A stretch of 63,210 nt of DNA, filler included, from Octopus bimaculoides (GCF_001194135.2; 4 parts of 4 records of this genome joined end to end with filler, not necessarily neighbours in it), one strand, 5' to 3'. Positions 37,501-51,353 are shown, numbered from the whole stretch's first letter. Numbers and translations: made by a program. The notes: generated by a model not told the origin, from the letters alone.

Positions 37501-37779
37501 GGGAAACTAGTTGATTACTACTTTGTTATTGATTATTTTCTTGTACTGTTTCGGAGATTTCCTGGATTTCAGTTCATAGCCATTGCACATATAATCCTAT
37601 CCGACAGAAAAATCAACAATCACATGGAATGTATTATATAAATATATGCTGAGTGAAAAAAAAAGTAGCAGGCATAAATCAGGATTTCAAGCTTTAGAAT
37701 ATCCATTAGATATTATGGAGAGTAATTTGATATAAATTTGTTTTTAGCCTGATGTTTATTGGTGAGAAAAGGAAACTGC

Positions 37780-38620
37780 TGGCAGCTTTTATATGTACTA
37801 TATAAATATTGATTTCATTTGACTAAGCAGATATAGCAGTATGGTCAAAAAGTTCATTTCGCATACACATAAGGACTGCAGCTTGGACACTTTTTGCTAT
37901 TATAGTCTCGGTTTAATTAATGCTTTCGGGATTTGGGCTGTCTTGCCTGTGATTATTTTGTGCATTTCGAGTGCCTTTTTCAATCTTGGGTCTTGCTTCA
38001 AAAATGAAATGTTTTGATCGATAATGTATGTTTCTATATTTCTTGGGTTGTGTTTTGTAATATAAGCCAGAATATTGGTTGAATTTAGATTATTTTTTTT
38101 CTTTTAGTATTTCGTAATTTTTGAACGCTTATTGATTTGGCACGTTGTATTCCGTTATCAGTTAACATTGTTTAGTATATTCTTTCAATTTGTATTTGTT
38201 TTTATTCTAGGTTTTTTTTTTTCATCTCGTGTTCCAAAATTCGAAATAATTGAGCATATTCTTGGTGCTAAATTAAACAGTATAGTCTTCGTGCTTTAGT
38301 TGGCATGAAGTATGTAATAAATGTTGTTTAGACTCTGGTGGTTTGTAGCGGGTGTCAATTTCGATGTCTGTGTCGGTTTTTATGATTAAAATATCCGAGA
38401 AGGGTAGTTGATTGTGATTGTATTCCAATGTGAAATTATTTTCCTACTTATATTATTAATTTGAGTTTTGAAATCAATACGTTGACCATGATGGCTGGTC
38501 CACTGAGTTGGGCATCCATCCAAGTAACGTTTCCAATTGTCTACAAGATACTTGTGTATACTGAGACCTGTTCATACATTTGAACTTTTAGATGCTCGAA
38601 ATACTATGAGGAATAATAGT
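37780..38620 (-). mobile_element. Degenerate Penelope-like RT C-terminal/thumb remnant
   Basis: Translation fragments WKRYLD and FTLEYNHNQLPFSDILIIKTDTDIEIDTRYKPPESKQHLLHTSC (cf. PLE F.LE......LPFLD.........TD.Y.KPT.S..YL...S.H). Many stops; boundaries approximate. Confidence 0.75.
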
Positions 38621-39739
38621 TTCCTAAACTATAGAGACGCTGAATAGCTAATGTTTTATTATCGGGAAGTACTGAATTCAGTGGTCAAAACTGGCTATGG
38701 CTAAACAGTTAAAAGAGGAAGAGAAGAGGAGACAAGTGGCAATGAGGCCATTGGTAATGTAAACACACAATGGACTTTGGAACTTTGTCACATAATGAGC
38801 GTCTTCGCTTTTCTCCTTTGTTACCTGAAAATATTCATTTCCAAACCCAAAGCACTAAAACCAAGTTACTAGATATAGCATAGAGTTTTGGGTAGATTTG
38901 ATCTTGTAAGTAAAACCTAATCAAATGGTCGATAGTTTCCAATCAGGCCATCAGTAACCATTGTTTTCCGCCTTTCAACAAAGACGAAACTAGATATTGT
39001 AACAAAATGCTCAGGAACACAAGAAATATCTAACGACATTGATATAATATGAATCACCTTTTGAGTCGTGGGAGCTTCACAGTCACCACTTAGCCATTGC
39101 AATTCTTTCTACGCAAAGAAAGTCACCAAGTGGTTTGTTATTCATTAGAAAACAAATAAATTTTAAAACCTTATCAATCATTGGTGACAGAAGAGAATAT
39201 ATATTTTATTCATAAGAAAATGGTTGAGAAAAATCAATAAATTAAATTATTTTACCGGTTTCTATTCATTTAATTTTCTGTTTATATTCCTAATAATAAT
39301 ATTTTGAGGTATTTATGTATAAGTTCTCAAAGAAGCCATATTGGTATTAGTGTTGCGAATAATGATTTTATTATTTTCCTGACAACACACAGACAATGTT
39401 AGGAGTATAATGCAGTACAAAATATTACAATAAACACTGAAGACTTGTTTTGACATAATACCACAAATCTGTCGAGAATAAGTAGTCTAGTTGACTGAAT
39501 AGACTGAATTAAACGACTGGTACTTATTGATAGCAGCACGATAAAAGACAAATTCAGCTCCAGTCGATTTGAAATCAATACCAAGATAGTCTGAAACTCG
39601 ATACCGTTTCTGCTTCTATACGGTCTTTCATAGCGTATATTGATACATATAATCAGGCATAAAATTAGACGTAATAGGTACGAATACCGGTTGATTAGCA
39701 GAGTATAACGTTGAACAAAATGCCTTGCCTTCTTACCAT

Positions 39740-41880
39740 TGTTGTGTTATTACATAATCCCTAGCTGATCTGATCTTAATTACAAAACAGCATTATTGTT
39801 TTTTATAGTTGAGGTTTGTGTGGTGGTAGAGCTAGAGGTTTCAATGAGTTTTAAAACTTTTTCTACAACAGTATCTATTAACCTGTAGGTATGACTATTT
39901 CTTGACAGCAACTACGAATGTTGCCATTTGATACCGTTGATCCAAGCTTCTTTTTTGTTTGTGTGTGTGTGTGTGTTACTTAATGATGTCTCAGGTCGAA
40001 GAACTCTTTCAGTACCAATTCGTTTACACTGGTAACAACTGTGCCTGGTTCTTGGCACAATTTAGAGCTGCAAATGAATATCCAAAACGATTGAGCTTCG
40101 CTTCTGTAGAAAGTTTGAAGATCTTAACTTTGATCCAAAGCGATGAGGATTTACGTCAAGCACAGATTTAATCGGTCTCTGTTCCTTTCCGGCTTAGTGA
40201 AGGAGTCTTGGAGAAAATCGACTGAAAACACCCTGCTATTGCTTTCATTTGAGATTTGTTCACGTAAATCTTGCAATGCCCTGTTCAGGACCTCCAGAAC
40301 TCCCTTATTAGTCATTATGAATTCATGCCGAATAATCATTTAGCACCTCTTAAGAACTCTTACGGTTTCTGAATTCTTGGCAAATTTGCAAACAGCTGCC
40401 TTATTTGTACCGAAAAGAACTTTGAAAATAGACTGTGCAGTACGGCCCCTCTAAGCATTTCCACACTCAGTAGCAATAACTGAAGAAATGGCATCAATAG
40501 CTGCATCTCTATTTTTATGTCCAGTCTATTACTTGTCAAATTGATTAGTATTCCTAATCAGTATATTTGACAAACACTTCACTAATCAGGAATGCTGTTC
40601 CAGTTCTACCGGGAACATCAAAGAAAGCAAGTTTCAGCTTCTTGTTGCCAAGCAGTAAAAAATAGAATATTGAAGTGAGTTTCGGTTCATTGTCATTAAC
40701 ATATGATATAAAGTGTTTACATTATATGGTGTCTATTACAAAATTTCTGCTGCCGGATTATCGACTTCAGTGTACTTGAGGTCATATTTTTGAAGTTCTT
40801 GACCATTTATATATTTAAGTTGGTTGAAGAAGGATGTTTTACAGATTTCACCTATGTACTCTCTGTTTCCATTCCGGGGTACATTCGTCTTCGGAAAGAT
40901 CATACGATGCTTGAACCAATGGTGGGGCGAATAGGACGGTTTGCAGTGTTTTAACAGTATGGTGAAAAGAATGCTTAAGGTCTTGACTGTTTGAGATACA
41001 GAAGATTCTGACAATGTTGCATCCAGATAGCATCATTTTTCAGTAATCCAAGTATAAAACAAGTCTCTCTGTAGCTGGTGCAAACTTCCCTATTGACTCT
41101 TCGAAGATCTTGAAATCAACTGGTGCCTTATGCAGAAGTCGAAGAAAGAAGTTTTCATGTTGGGTAGTATGAACAGTATCCGGTCTTCCAATGGATCTGT
41201 CAGAGCTTATGTTAGGCTGACCTTCAATAAGGACCGTTTCATTGCTTACTATTACTTGTATATTTGGACGAAACCCTAGGGTATAGCATTGTTTTCAAAG
41301 GAATCATATTGGCACAGCATAAAAAAGGGTTGTAAACGTTGTATCTCTTGGATTTCGTTTGTAATTATGTTTATGCAGTTGCTTGAGTAAATAGTGACAG
41401 AGACCCTCATTCCTACTGATGATTTGTTCTTGCTTGGAATAGGCTTACTTCATCACAATCGTTTTGCTTCGTCGGAGCAAACATTGCAACGTCGGGCTCC
41501 CTGATGATATAATCGCAGACACATTTGATGAACATTAGTAAATTATATAACTCAAAATTGATGCATGCATTAAATGTGTTGGTCAAGGTTGAGCGATAAG
41601 GAACTGTTGTCCAACCAAGTAAGAAAGACTCCTTTTTCTGTAAAAGAAACAGCCATCTTTATCTGTTTGAGTCTCCTTGGCAAATAGTCTGTAAACCGTT
41701 TAGTGCTTTTGTTATCTTCCAGGCAAGGTTAATTCTTGTTAAAGTCACCACAGGGAATGTAAATCATCAAGTTTTATCAATACTGAAGAGCTTTTTTTTT
41801 CCTTGCACGAGTCTGGATGCCCTGCAAGAATCAATTTATTAACCGAGTCAAAATATGGCATTAGTGATGAAAGAATAATT
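39740..41880 (-). mobile_element. Helitron Rep-PIF1 helicase relic
   Basis: Collinear degenerate motifs: PCGDFNK..TQTDKDG (Rep), ENFFLRLLH, SESSVSQT..L..LF.ILL..C.PS, DVPGRTG (Walker A DAPGGTGKT-like), GRTAQSIFK, IRHEFIMTNKGVLEVLNRALQDLR (WDE..M motif), KSSSLWIKVKIFKLST, IDTVVE. Many stops and frameshifts. Confidence 0.88.
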
Positions 41881-43651
41881 TGTAGCAAATTGTAACTTAA
41901 AAGGAAGTCTACATTTGCTTGTGACCCTTAATCTGAACTCACAGTCATAAAATTTGACTTGCCGCTTAAAATAATTAAAATCAGTTGCAAGTTCCAAAAT
42001 AATTAATCAACAGCAAGTTGGCATTAATCAAGTATTCGGGTAAAATTGTTATCTTATTAAAAAGAAATACATAACGAAGGAAAAAGAGAAATACAATGCA
42101 AAAGAGAGAAACAGAAATAGAACCAAAAACACTCGAACGCGAAAAGTTTTCAATGAGTTTCAAGAAGAGGGGTAGAACAGAAAAAACTAATTCAGCACCG
42201 TAGTGGCCGTGGAGAAGTAGGTGATAGTTAAATACAACAGAAGAGGGAGAAAAAGAACACACTCACACACACACACACACACATTTTGTAGTAAAGAAAT
42301 GGAATAAAAGTTAGCACCGCCTTTAATTTGATTTAGTTATGTTTTCAATACTTTACAGTCTTGGCAAATAAGTATATTACATATACAGTGAAAAACGTGT
42401 CGTAAGTCAAAAGAGAAGTTTTTACCTGATCTTTCGATATGCTAGAAATAACTGAGAACCCTCCTTCAAATCACCCTCGATTCTGTCAAAAATAAAAAGG
42501 GCGGACAATTAGTCGGCGTGTTTATAGGTATGTGAAAAGAAAGACCTTGGTCATAGGTCTGCCTAATCATGGCTGACCTGAGACTAAACAGCAACAATAC
42601 CACCAGCATTGTCTATTTGGAAAGTATTGTGCGGGACATGTAAAATAAGTATCACGTGAAAAACTCGAAATACTAGATTTGAATGAGTAGCATATGAATT
42701 CAGTTAAGATTACTGACGAGTTAATTATATAGTAAGACGTAGTTTTCTCGTTCAGGATGACGTACTTTTGTTTAAACGTTTGGAGATATATGGCTCCTTG
42801 TAATATATGTTATTCGCATTTAAAATTATTATTAGGCGCTTTTCAAATAATCATTAGTCCTTTTTAGTGCCTTCTATAGAGACTAGCAGATGGAAATAAT
42901 GGATAACATTTTACATATAATTATGAGATACGTTTTTAATACGTTGGGGTAAGATACTCCTTGTTCACTACGATCTTCAACAAAGGTGTAAATGTTTGAT
43001 TTCCCAATCCGCCACCCGAAGTGAATAAGTGTAGTCGGTCAACAAACGTAAGACTGATAACGAAAAGACGATCAATTATTATTATTATTATTGTTGTTGC
43101 TGTTGTTGTTTAAGTGAGACAGCAGTACATGCATCAAAGTGACGCTGGGGTAAAATATACGAAGCTCAGTATATCTATCATGACTATCCGTCTGATAAGG
43201 GTACATTAGGCACGTGCATTACAACCATCTGTGCGCGACATGGTGATCACATATCAATATAAACAGTGCACGACTGTTAGAATTTTCTTCAAGTCGAGTT
43301 GCCCAGCCCACTCAAAAGGTCCCTGAATAAGAGTTGTTTAAGGTTGTTGAACGAAACACCCATGTTTCTAGAGGTGAATTATTCAAACCCCAAAAGAATT
43401 CCTCTGAACACATGGCTACGATGCCCCCCCCCCACTACTTCTGCTCGTGATCAGAGATGCACATATTGTCAGCCACTAAGGGACATGCTCAACTGATTAA
43501 GGTCAAACAACTGCCAAGCAAATCTGTGGTATTGAGCAGAATATTTGTTGTAGCTCATCTTTTATACTAAGACAAAACATGTACATGATAACACTTCGAA
43601 TCAGTTAAAATCAGGAGCCATGGAAGCCAGTGCCTGGAACTGCATCAGGGA

Positions 43652-43682
<31 letters not shown>

Positions 43683-43684
43683 TA

Positions 43685-43797
43685 ACTTTCATTCTTTTAG
43701 GGTCGATAAAATTAAGTATCAGTCAAGTACGAGGGTGCATATAATCGGCAAATCCCCATCCGCTAAAAATTACTAACTTTGTACCAAAATTTGAAAC

Positions 43798-43851
<54 letters not shown>

Positions 43852-43975
43852 AGGCGGTGAGTTGGCAGAGTCGTTTGTATACCAGGTGAAATGCTTAGCG
43901 GCATTTCGTCTGTCTTCACGTTCTGAGTTCAAATGCCACCGAGGTCGATTTTGCCTTTCATCCTTTCGGGGAAGA
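43685..43975 (+). repeat. SINE family A 3' half, (ATT)n tract, then SINE A 5' half joined to the PLE
   Basis: Core and tail at 43685-43800, (ATT)n to 43850, head 43852-43975 ending at TCCTTTCGGGG. Confidence 0.85.
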
Positions 43976-45498
43976 TGTTTAAGGTGGAGGGGTCGTACTG
44001 GAGACGACGGAAAGCTCAGAGAATGGTGCGTTGGAAGGTAGAATGGAGGGGTGGTAGGTGAGGAGAAAAGGGAGATGGGTAAGGGTGGGTGGGTGCGAGG
44101 AAAGAGAGCAGAGGCACAACCAACGGACCGTGCCGGAGCAAGAGCAGTGTGGATAATAGTGAGGGGATATCCACGTAGCGTGAAGTGGTGAGCCATGAGT
44201 TGAAACTGGGTCTCAAAGTCATGGTCATCACTGCAGAGCCAGCGTAGATGGAGGAATTTGGAGTAGGGGATAGAGAGCTTGGTGGAGGTTGGAGGGGAGA
44301 AGTTGAGGTAGGAGTGTGAATTTGTGTGTTTGTAGTGAATGGAGGTGGTAAGAGCAGAGTGGTTTATGCTGATAGAAATGTCGAGAAATTCGACGGAGGA
44401 GTTTGAGACAGTGCAGAATTCGAGGACAGGATGGAAGAACTGGACAAAGGAGAGGAAGGAGTCAAGGTGTTCGCGGGAGAGTGAAGTCGCGCCGGTACAG
44501 TTATCAATATAACGACCATATACCTCAGGAGTGGGACCAGTGAACGGTGAGAATATTTGGGCCTCAACATAGCCAACGAACAGATTCGCATAGTTGGGGC
44601 CCATTCTTTTTCCCATGGCCACTCCCGAAATTTTTTAGTAAAACTCACTCGCGATCGAGAAGCAGTTGAGGGAGAGGACAAGTTCGGCCAAACGAAGAAG
44701 TGTGGAGGTGTCAGGTTGAGGGTCTGGAAGAAGATCAAGGAAGTGTTTTAGCGCAAGAAAGCATTCGTTGTGTGGGATCACTGTGTACATAGATTTAATG
44801 TCGAGAGTGAATAGGAGTCGAGTGGGGCCAGGAAAGAAGGAGAAAGAGTTAAACAAACAGAGAGCATGATTGGTCTCGTGAATGTGTGAGAGGAGGGAAG
44901 CCACTAGGTGGGAAAGGACACGGCCAAGATACTTGGAGGTCATTTTGGTGGGGCAGCTGCAGGCGGAGACGATGGGGCGGCCAGGGTTGTTGGGCTTGTG
45001 GATTTTGGGAAGGAAGTAAATAGTGGGGGTGTATGGAGTACAGACAATGAGGGTGGAAGTGGTGGGAGGAAGGCAGGAGGCGGAAATGAGGTCATAAATG
45101 GTGAAGAATACAGTTTGTTGGTAGTTAGGTGTGGAGTTGAAGTTGACGGGGAGCTTCAGCCTTGTAAAGGTCTGCACGTTACACTACTAGAGCTTCACTC
45201 TTGTGGGCCGGTTTGATGTTAATATCTTGGCGGCGTCGAAGACATCGAAGGGCCAAGAGTTCGGCGAGGGGAGGTAGTGTGCTGGTTAGGTGGATGAGCA
45301 GAGGTACCGAAATTTCGCGAAGTAGTTGAGAGTCCAAGAGAGAGGGAAGTTCAGTTATGCAGGAACAAACTGGGGTAACCACGTGAGCGTATGTAATATA
45401 TAGTTCAAATTTATAGAAAACAGAAGACGAAGACGGGTGTAGGAATAACAAGCAGGTGTATTAGTTTAATGATCGGGAAGAATGGAAAAGTCTTTTGA
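43976..45498 (-). mobile_element. Penelope-like retroelement, RT region, inactivated and missing the GIY-YIG end
   Basis: Motifs YFLPKIHKPNNPGRPIVSACSCPT, FTLDIKSMYTVIPH, AMGKRMGPNYANLFVGYVE, YGRYIDNC, SVEFLDISI, HYKHTNSHSYL. In-frame TAA at about 44635-44637, catalytic YxDD changed to YIDN, frameshift near 44070. The 3' side abuts a SINE. Confidence 0.92.
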
Positions 45499-47589
45499 TT
45501 ACTTATAAAAAGAGGTGGGTGACACAATCTCTCACTTTAACTCTTTTGTATATGTAGGACCATAAAGTTACCAAGAGTTAATCCTTCCACGAATCATACA
45601 AATATATGAAACTGGTGTTTAATTTGTTTCCACAAATCTTCCCTCCATCCTAACATCTACTTTTAACAGCGCTTACAGTGATGCAATATGAAATTAAGTT
45701 TCTTCCTCAGAAATATATCCAACAACTGTCAGCTTATTTAATACCGTAACCCAACTGTTTACACATTTTCCGATTGATCAGTTCGTATCTATCTTTTATT
45801 GTTAACTTTCCAATAATCAATTTGTTGTGACCAATCAATGAAGAAAGACTTTGAAACTAACAGACAAACGAAATATTTATTGCTTTAGATTAGTTTCAAA
45901 AACATTTTTTCTAAACAAGATGTCGGGTGTGTTGTCGCTAGAATCAACCCTAATGCATATTATTAGAACCTCTTTTATCGATCCTGATTGACCACTGTAC
46001 AACTTGAACTTAATCACAAAAGGAACACTAGAATTGATTTATTCCTGCATTCTGCGGCTTCTGTCAAGTCACAGAAATGTTGACTGCATGAAATATATTT
46101 TGCAAAGGGAAGGAGAACTTGTGTAGGTTTGTAGGAGAGTTCGGTAAGTTTAGATGTCGTAAAGAGTTAGTAACCAAATGTTTTGGGCTCTTGCACTTCG
46201 TCAGATAGTGACGAAAGTAACTAGAATAGTGTCGATTTCACGGCAAGGTAGTAAAATGGTCGAGTTCGTTCGTCACTGACAGTGTATCGTCATATTTGTC
46301 ATCAATTCACTTTTTAAATGGCTCAGTCTATCGAGCTGTAAAAAGTACACAAGATAGTAGCAAAATTCTCGTTAGCTTAAAGTTTAGAGTTTAGCGCCCT
46401 CTGTCTAAAAAGAATTGGTTTCTCTCTCTCTTTAATATATTTTTAGAGCTACCCGTAGGTAATTTAATTGCTGTGACGACTTTTAAATTGAAGTGAATAT
46501 ATTTCTCAGTTGAATCATTTCGATTCTTGCAAAAACAAAACAAAAAAAAAAAACAGAAGGCAGAAGTATCGTTAAATTGCCAACGGCACACACCATTCCT
46601 ATTGCGTCAACAAACTAGTTTTTAATGTTGTACAAAAAATGAAGACAACATAATCGAAAAAAAATATTCGATTGGTGATTGATATCTTCAAGGAGTGGGA
46701 TAATCTTCAAGGAAATGACAAAGATAAATCTGAAAAAAATATCAGCTGAAAGTAATTAGGTAACAACGGTTGATTTCCATTTTTGTAACACCCGACAGAC
46801 AATATTGTTTTAGTAAAAAATATAATTATTTTTGTCCGTATATTATCATATTTCCGTATCACTTTTAAATAGAATTTTCACAATTTAGTACAAAGACTAT
46901 ATCATTCATCAAATTATATACGTGACTATCTGACAACTTTTGGATGATGGTCTTTTATGCAGTACAGCTGTTATTATTAAAGATGTTTGACCAAATATCT
47001 GCATTGATTCAGAATACCTGTAATCTAAAGCGTTCCGGGTGACCCGGTATAATTTGAGGGAGACTTTCTTTTTAATGGAAAAAGTAGAAAGGAGGGCAGC
47101 GCCCCTGCCTCTTTTTGGTTCTTCCACGACTGTTGAAAAGAAGGGTCGAAATTATATTCAGACAGGAGACCTGATCTAAATGTTTGCAACAGAGTATACT
47201 CTGTCAAGGGTATTCAAAGATTAGGGGTCAATGCTAAACAGAGCAGCGGATTAAATGTACTTAACAGATCAAGCGATCATAAAGAAGCTCCCTCATTGGC
47301 TCGATCAGAGTATTGATTGATCAACTATCTTAAAAGAATGTAACATGAAAATTACTTCGTTATAGTGCTGAGTCTAAATTGTCTGAAATATGGTAGAAGC
47401 TCTCTGATTGGTGTACAACTTAACTAAACGAATCATTAATAAATTTTCTTAATGTAAATAAAATTTTAGTAGAATCCATATTAGTTTTATTAAAGCTTCC
47501 CATAGGTGGCCTATAAGAAAAGTAACATTCAGCTCATCTCTGCTGCCCAGGCTACAGCTATGTATTTAAATTTATTCTAATAGCTAGTG

Positions 47590-48560
47590 TATGTGCTCTC
47601 ACGTGGATGACAACAACAATCACTGCTAGGTGCGCTGGTCTATTGTCTTCCTGCCTCACCGTTCCAAATACATTTGCTTTCTAAACCGCTCTCCGGATTC
47701 CACCAACTACCACCATCACCAGTTCTCCGGACTACATCTCTTCTTACATCGAGCATCTGAAGTCATTGGCCTTTATTACTTAATGCTCACAGCTCTGCTT
47801 AACTGCTACCGACGCGCAAACCCAGTCTTTTGCAATCCTTGACTCTTTCCATCTGTTTCGCATTGTAGACTCATCCCGACTAACACATGGTCTCCAAAGT
47901 CTCTCGATCTCTTTATCTCACACCCATATCCATCTTTGAATAAGGCAAAATCATCTCTGTACTGTTAAGTCGACCGATACCGCTTATACCCCCACACAAC
48001 AAAATACACTTCCCTGCCAAACTCTATGGCCCTTCAAATAGTAGAAACACCCCCAGCTCTACACTACTTTCTCTAGCATTGCACATCCTTCACAATTACT
48101 GAGATCATCTTCTTAGGCATGTCCCTCCACATCCCACACATAGCCAATACTCATAACTTCATATTCCCGAAATAGTTGACTAATGACTGCACTATAGCAG
48201 TACATGGAAAGTGCATTAACTTTAATGCTTGGAGAATTTCCCCCATCCTTACAAACTGGACGGCATTTACCTACCATCAGAATTTCATTGCAAAAAATTA
48301 TTACCAGGAACATGATAGCTATCCTACGTACATCCACCAAGTTCTCCCGCCTCCAACACGGAAGACAATCTTATCAGTCCCTTGCAAAAGGATCTCCTCA
48401 ATTTTATTGAACTCTCCTTTCTTCTGTCACTCAACAATGGTATTTCTTTAAGTTGTACTTCCACGGTGAAAATTTCCACATTTGCTGTTCATTTTGCATC
48501 CAAAATCGCACTGAGCTCACTGGGCAAAATCTCATAAACTATCCTACTATACTCCACTGT
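47590..48560 (-). mobile_element. Degenerate RTE-clade LINE remnant
   Basis: Fragments GKCRPVCKDGGNSPSI (cf. GKWPCSVCRKGVGSNSI) and LEKVV (cf. LEVVDSFCYLG) in the expected order. Heavily decayed. Confidence 0.5.
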
Positions 48561-49684
48561 GGAAAAGACACAGCATTTTCCATTACGAGAGACTAAATTA
48601 TTTCTAATGCATAGAAGGAAAATGCTTACTGAATTTTGATGAAACTATATAAAGTAGAGAAATTTGTTAGATTTTATTTCTTTATAGTGATAGGTAAACT
48701 AGATTCTAAAGGTTCACGATTTTTTTAAATAGTCTTGTGCAACTTGAGAAACCCAATGACAAAGGGGACGAAACGAAAATATGTATCAAACTCAACACGA
48801 ATCAAACCCATTCTCCCTTGTTGATGCTTTAATGCAAATACCGATATATTATTATTAGTTTATGAAAGATACATATGCGTCAAGATTTGTTTTTAAAAAG
48901 CTTTTTAAGTGACTTTATAAGTGATTATAGTTACACATTTGATTTTATATCAGTAATTACATTTCTATGTTCACTGTATGGATTTTCAAAACATTACGCT
49001 AAAAATCTAAATCCATATATAGAAAATGATGTTGCTTTTAGCTTCCAAGATTCTTTTTTATTTATTACTCATATTTCATTGAACACACATAAAGATGTAG
49101 AATTATAATACATGATGGTTATTATTATTATCCTATCCTAAATATGTCAGGTAAGTGAATTCCATAACCCATTATCGTAGTGTTATCACTTGACGACAAT
49201 CACTATATGCAAGGCAGGTCAGTCTGGCCTAACCTATCCTTCTCCAAGCTATACTCATAAAGAAAATTAGAAAGCAACCCTGCATGCTAAAGTATCCCTA
49301 AAAAATTATGCAATATTTACTTTGCATTGTTGAGTGAGTTAATTGTACTTGCTTAAATTTAAAGGGACAACGCCTGTTAGTCTTCTGACTCGATCTTGAA
49401 GTTAATCGAATGCTAGTAGCGAGCACGGGCCGTTGATCATTCGGTCAAAAACCTGAAACTCTTTCATTCGGGCAAATGCAGCTCTAAACACATGGATTCC
49501 TATAAAAAAAAATAGCTGCGTTTTAAATGAGATACTTCAAGCTGAAGCCGACTATTGATATGTGAGTCGGAAGTTCGATTTCTTTTCTATCCATATATTC
49601 AGGAGTCTTCGTATGTCTCGTGAGACAATAAATTTAAGTAAAATATCTAGGCATATAATTACATACCGCTATAAATATACGCAT

Positions 49685-49925
49685 ATTTCTATATCAGAAA
49701 AGAACAAGTCCACATGTACATATGAATATACACATATCAGCATACATGCCAGAAAAGAAAACGTTCATATATACATATATTCACATCCATGCTAGAAAAG
49801 AATCTGTCCATTTATACACACATACGTATATTCATATACATGCCAGGAAAGAACACGTTCACATATAAATACATAGACGTATACACTAACATACCAGAAA
49901 GGAACACGCTCACATACATATATAC
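49685..49925. repeat. Imperfect minisatellite, unit about 50 bp, 5 copies
   Basis: Recurrent core CAT(G/A)CCAGAAAAGAACACG(T/C)TCACAT separated by CA/TA-rich spacers. Confidence 0.7.
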
Positions 49926-51305
49926 TAGTAATAATCATGCCCACATATACACACATTCAAGTAAGTGCATGCCCAATATTAATGGCCTCTGTAGTCTGTT
50001 ACAGGTAGTTTCAATATCTTCACCTGGAAAGTCCCTTCCCAAATGCGCTGGCCTGAGCAAAGTGTTTTGTGGAAAACCGGCAGTTGCTAATTTGTGTAAA
50101 TTGTCTATCTCAATGCCATTGATGCTGAACGAACGAAAATCAAAGCTGATACAGATTGGCACCATTGTTTTCGCAAGCGTTTCGGTCAGAACGCAAAGTG
50201 CCGGAACAGACACCATAAAGCATCCTTTTTTTGCACTCTAGCAATTCCATTCCACCCCCAGGCTGTTATTTTGTTTACCTACCCCAAAGAGATGAAAAGC
50301 AAATTTGACCGCGGTAAGAAGTCAATTCAGAGAGCAGAGAGCTGGAACAAACACCATAAGGCTTTACATCTGGCTTTCTGATGACGCTGCAAATTCGCCC
50401 CATAAACAAAGCAGTTAACTATCTGAGCGTGAAATCAAGCTGGTACCTTCTCCCTTGGTCAGATCGTTTAAATTCTACAACGAATTCTGAAATCTAGAAA
50501 CGTCAGGTTGTTTAACTAAAAACACAGAATTTGCGTTTATGTAAGAATTTATATGATCGAGAACGATTACCAGTTGGAATATGTATAAAAATTTATTTAA
50601 CCGTTGCAAATGCATTGTGCTGGAAAGATATAAACAAGCATATCACAAGAAAAATTGTATTCTTTCCAAGTAAGGCCCTATCAATTACTGTTTCCACAAT
50701 GGACATTAATGTAAATGTCTTACATTGGTCAAATGCAACCCCATAAGATAATTGCTTTTATTGTGTTTATTTTATTTATCAATTTATTTTGGCTCTTTAA
50801 ATACCAACGTATGGGGTGGTGACTTGTTATATGTTTTGCAATGAGTTATTTCATCCAGTCGTGATTTTTCAAGTTGATTTCATCCTCGCATTTAGAACTT
50901 CAACATTAATTGCGTTTTTTTTTTTCTAAACTTACAACTTTCGGCTTCAATAAACACCAGACGCATATTTAAAAAAGCATTTATTTAAATTTAAAAAATA
51001 GAATATGAGTCAAATTCGAGGTTGCGCCTTTCTTCAGACGTTCAGTAACTTATTGATTACGGAATCACAGACTTCTTTACAATGGTCTTTACTCAGGAGA
51101 ACGAACCAGAATTTCGTTTGTTGCGTCAATTTTTTTTCTTTTTTCGTTAAAAATAATTAGAGGCAAATAAACTCGCCATCAAATCCATTTCATTTATGGA
51201 ATGGATTTGCTTGGAAAGATAAATACTTAAGCTTCAAATATGGCAGAAAATTCCGTTTCAAACATTTTCCCTTGGTTTCAGCTATTTTAGCTATTTTCTG
51301 TGTGA

Positions 51306-51353
<48 letters not shown>

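Noticed and set aside
49935-50241. Overlapping ORFs of 93-150 aa
   Set aside because: No recognisable domain. One is partly minisatellite, and the RTE-like similarity is too weak.
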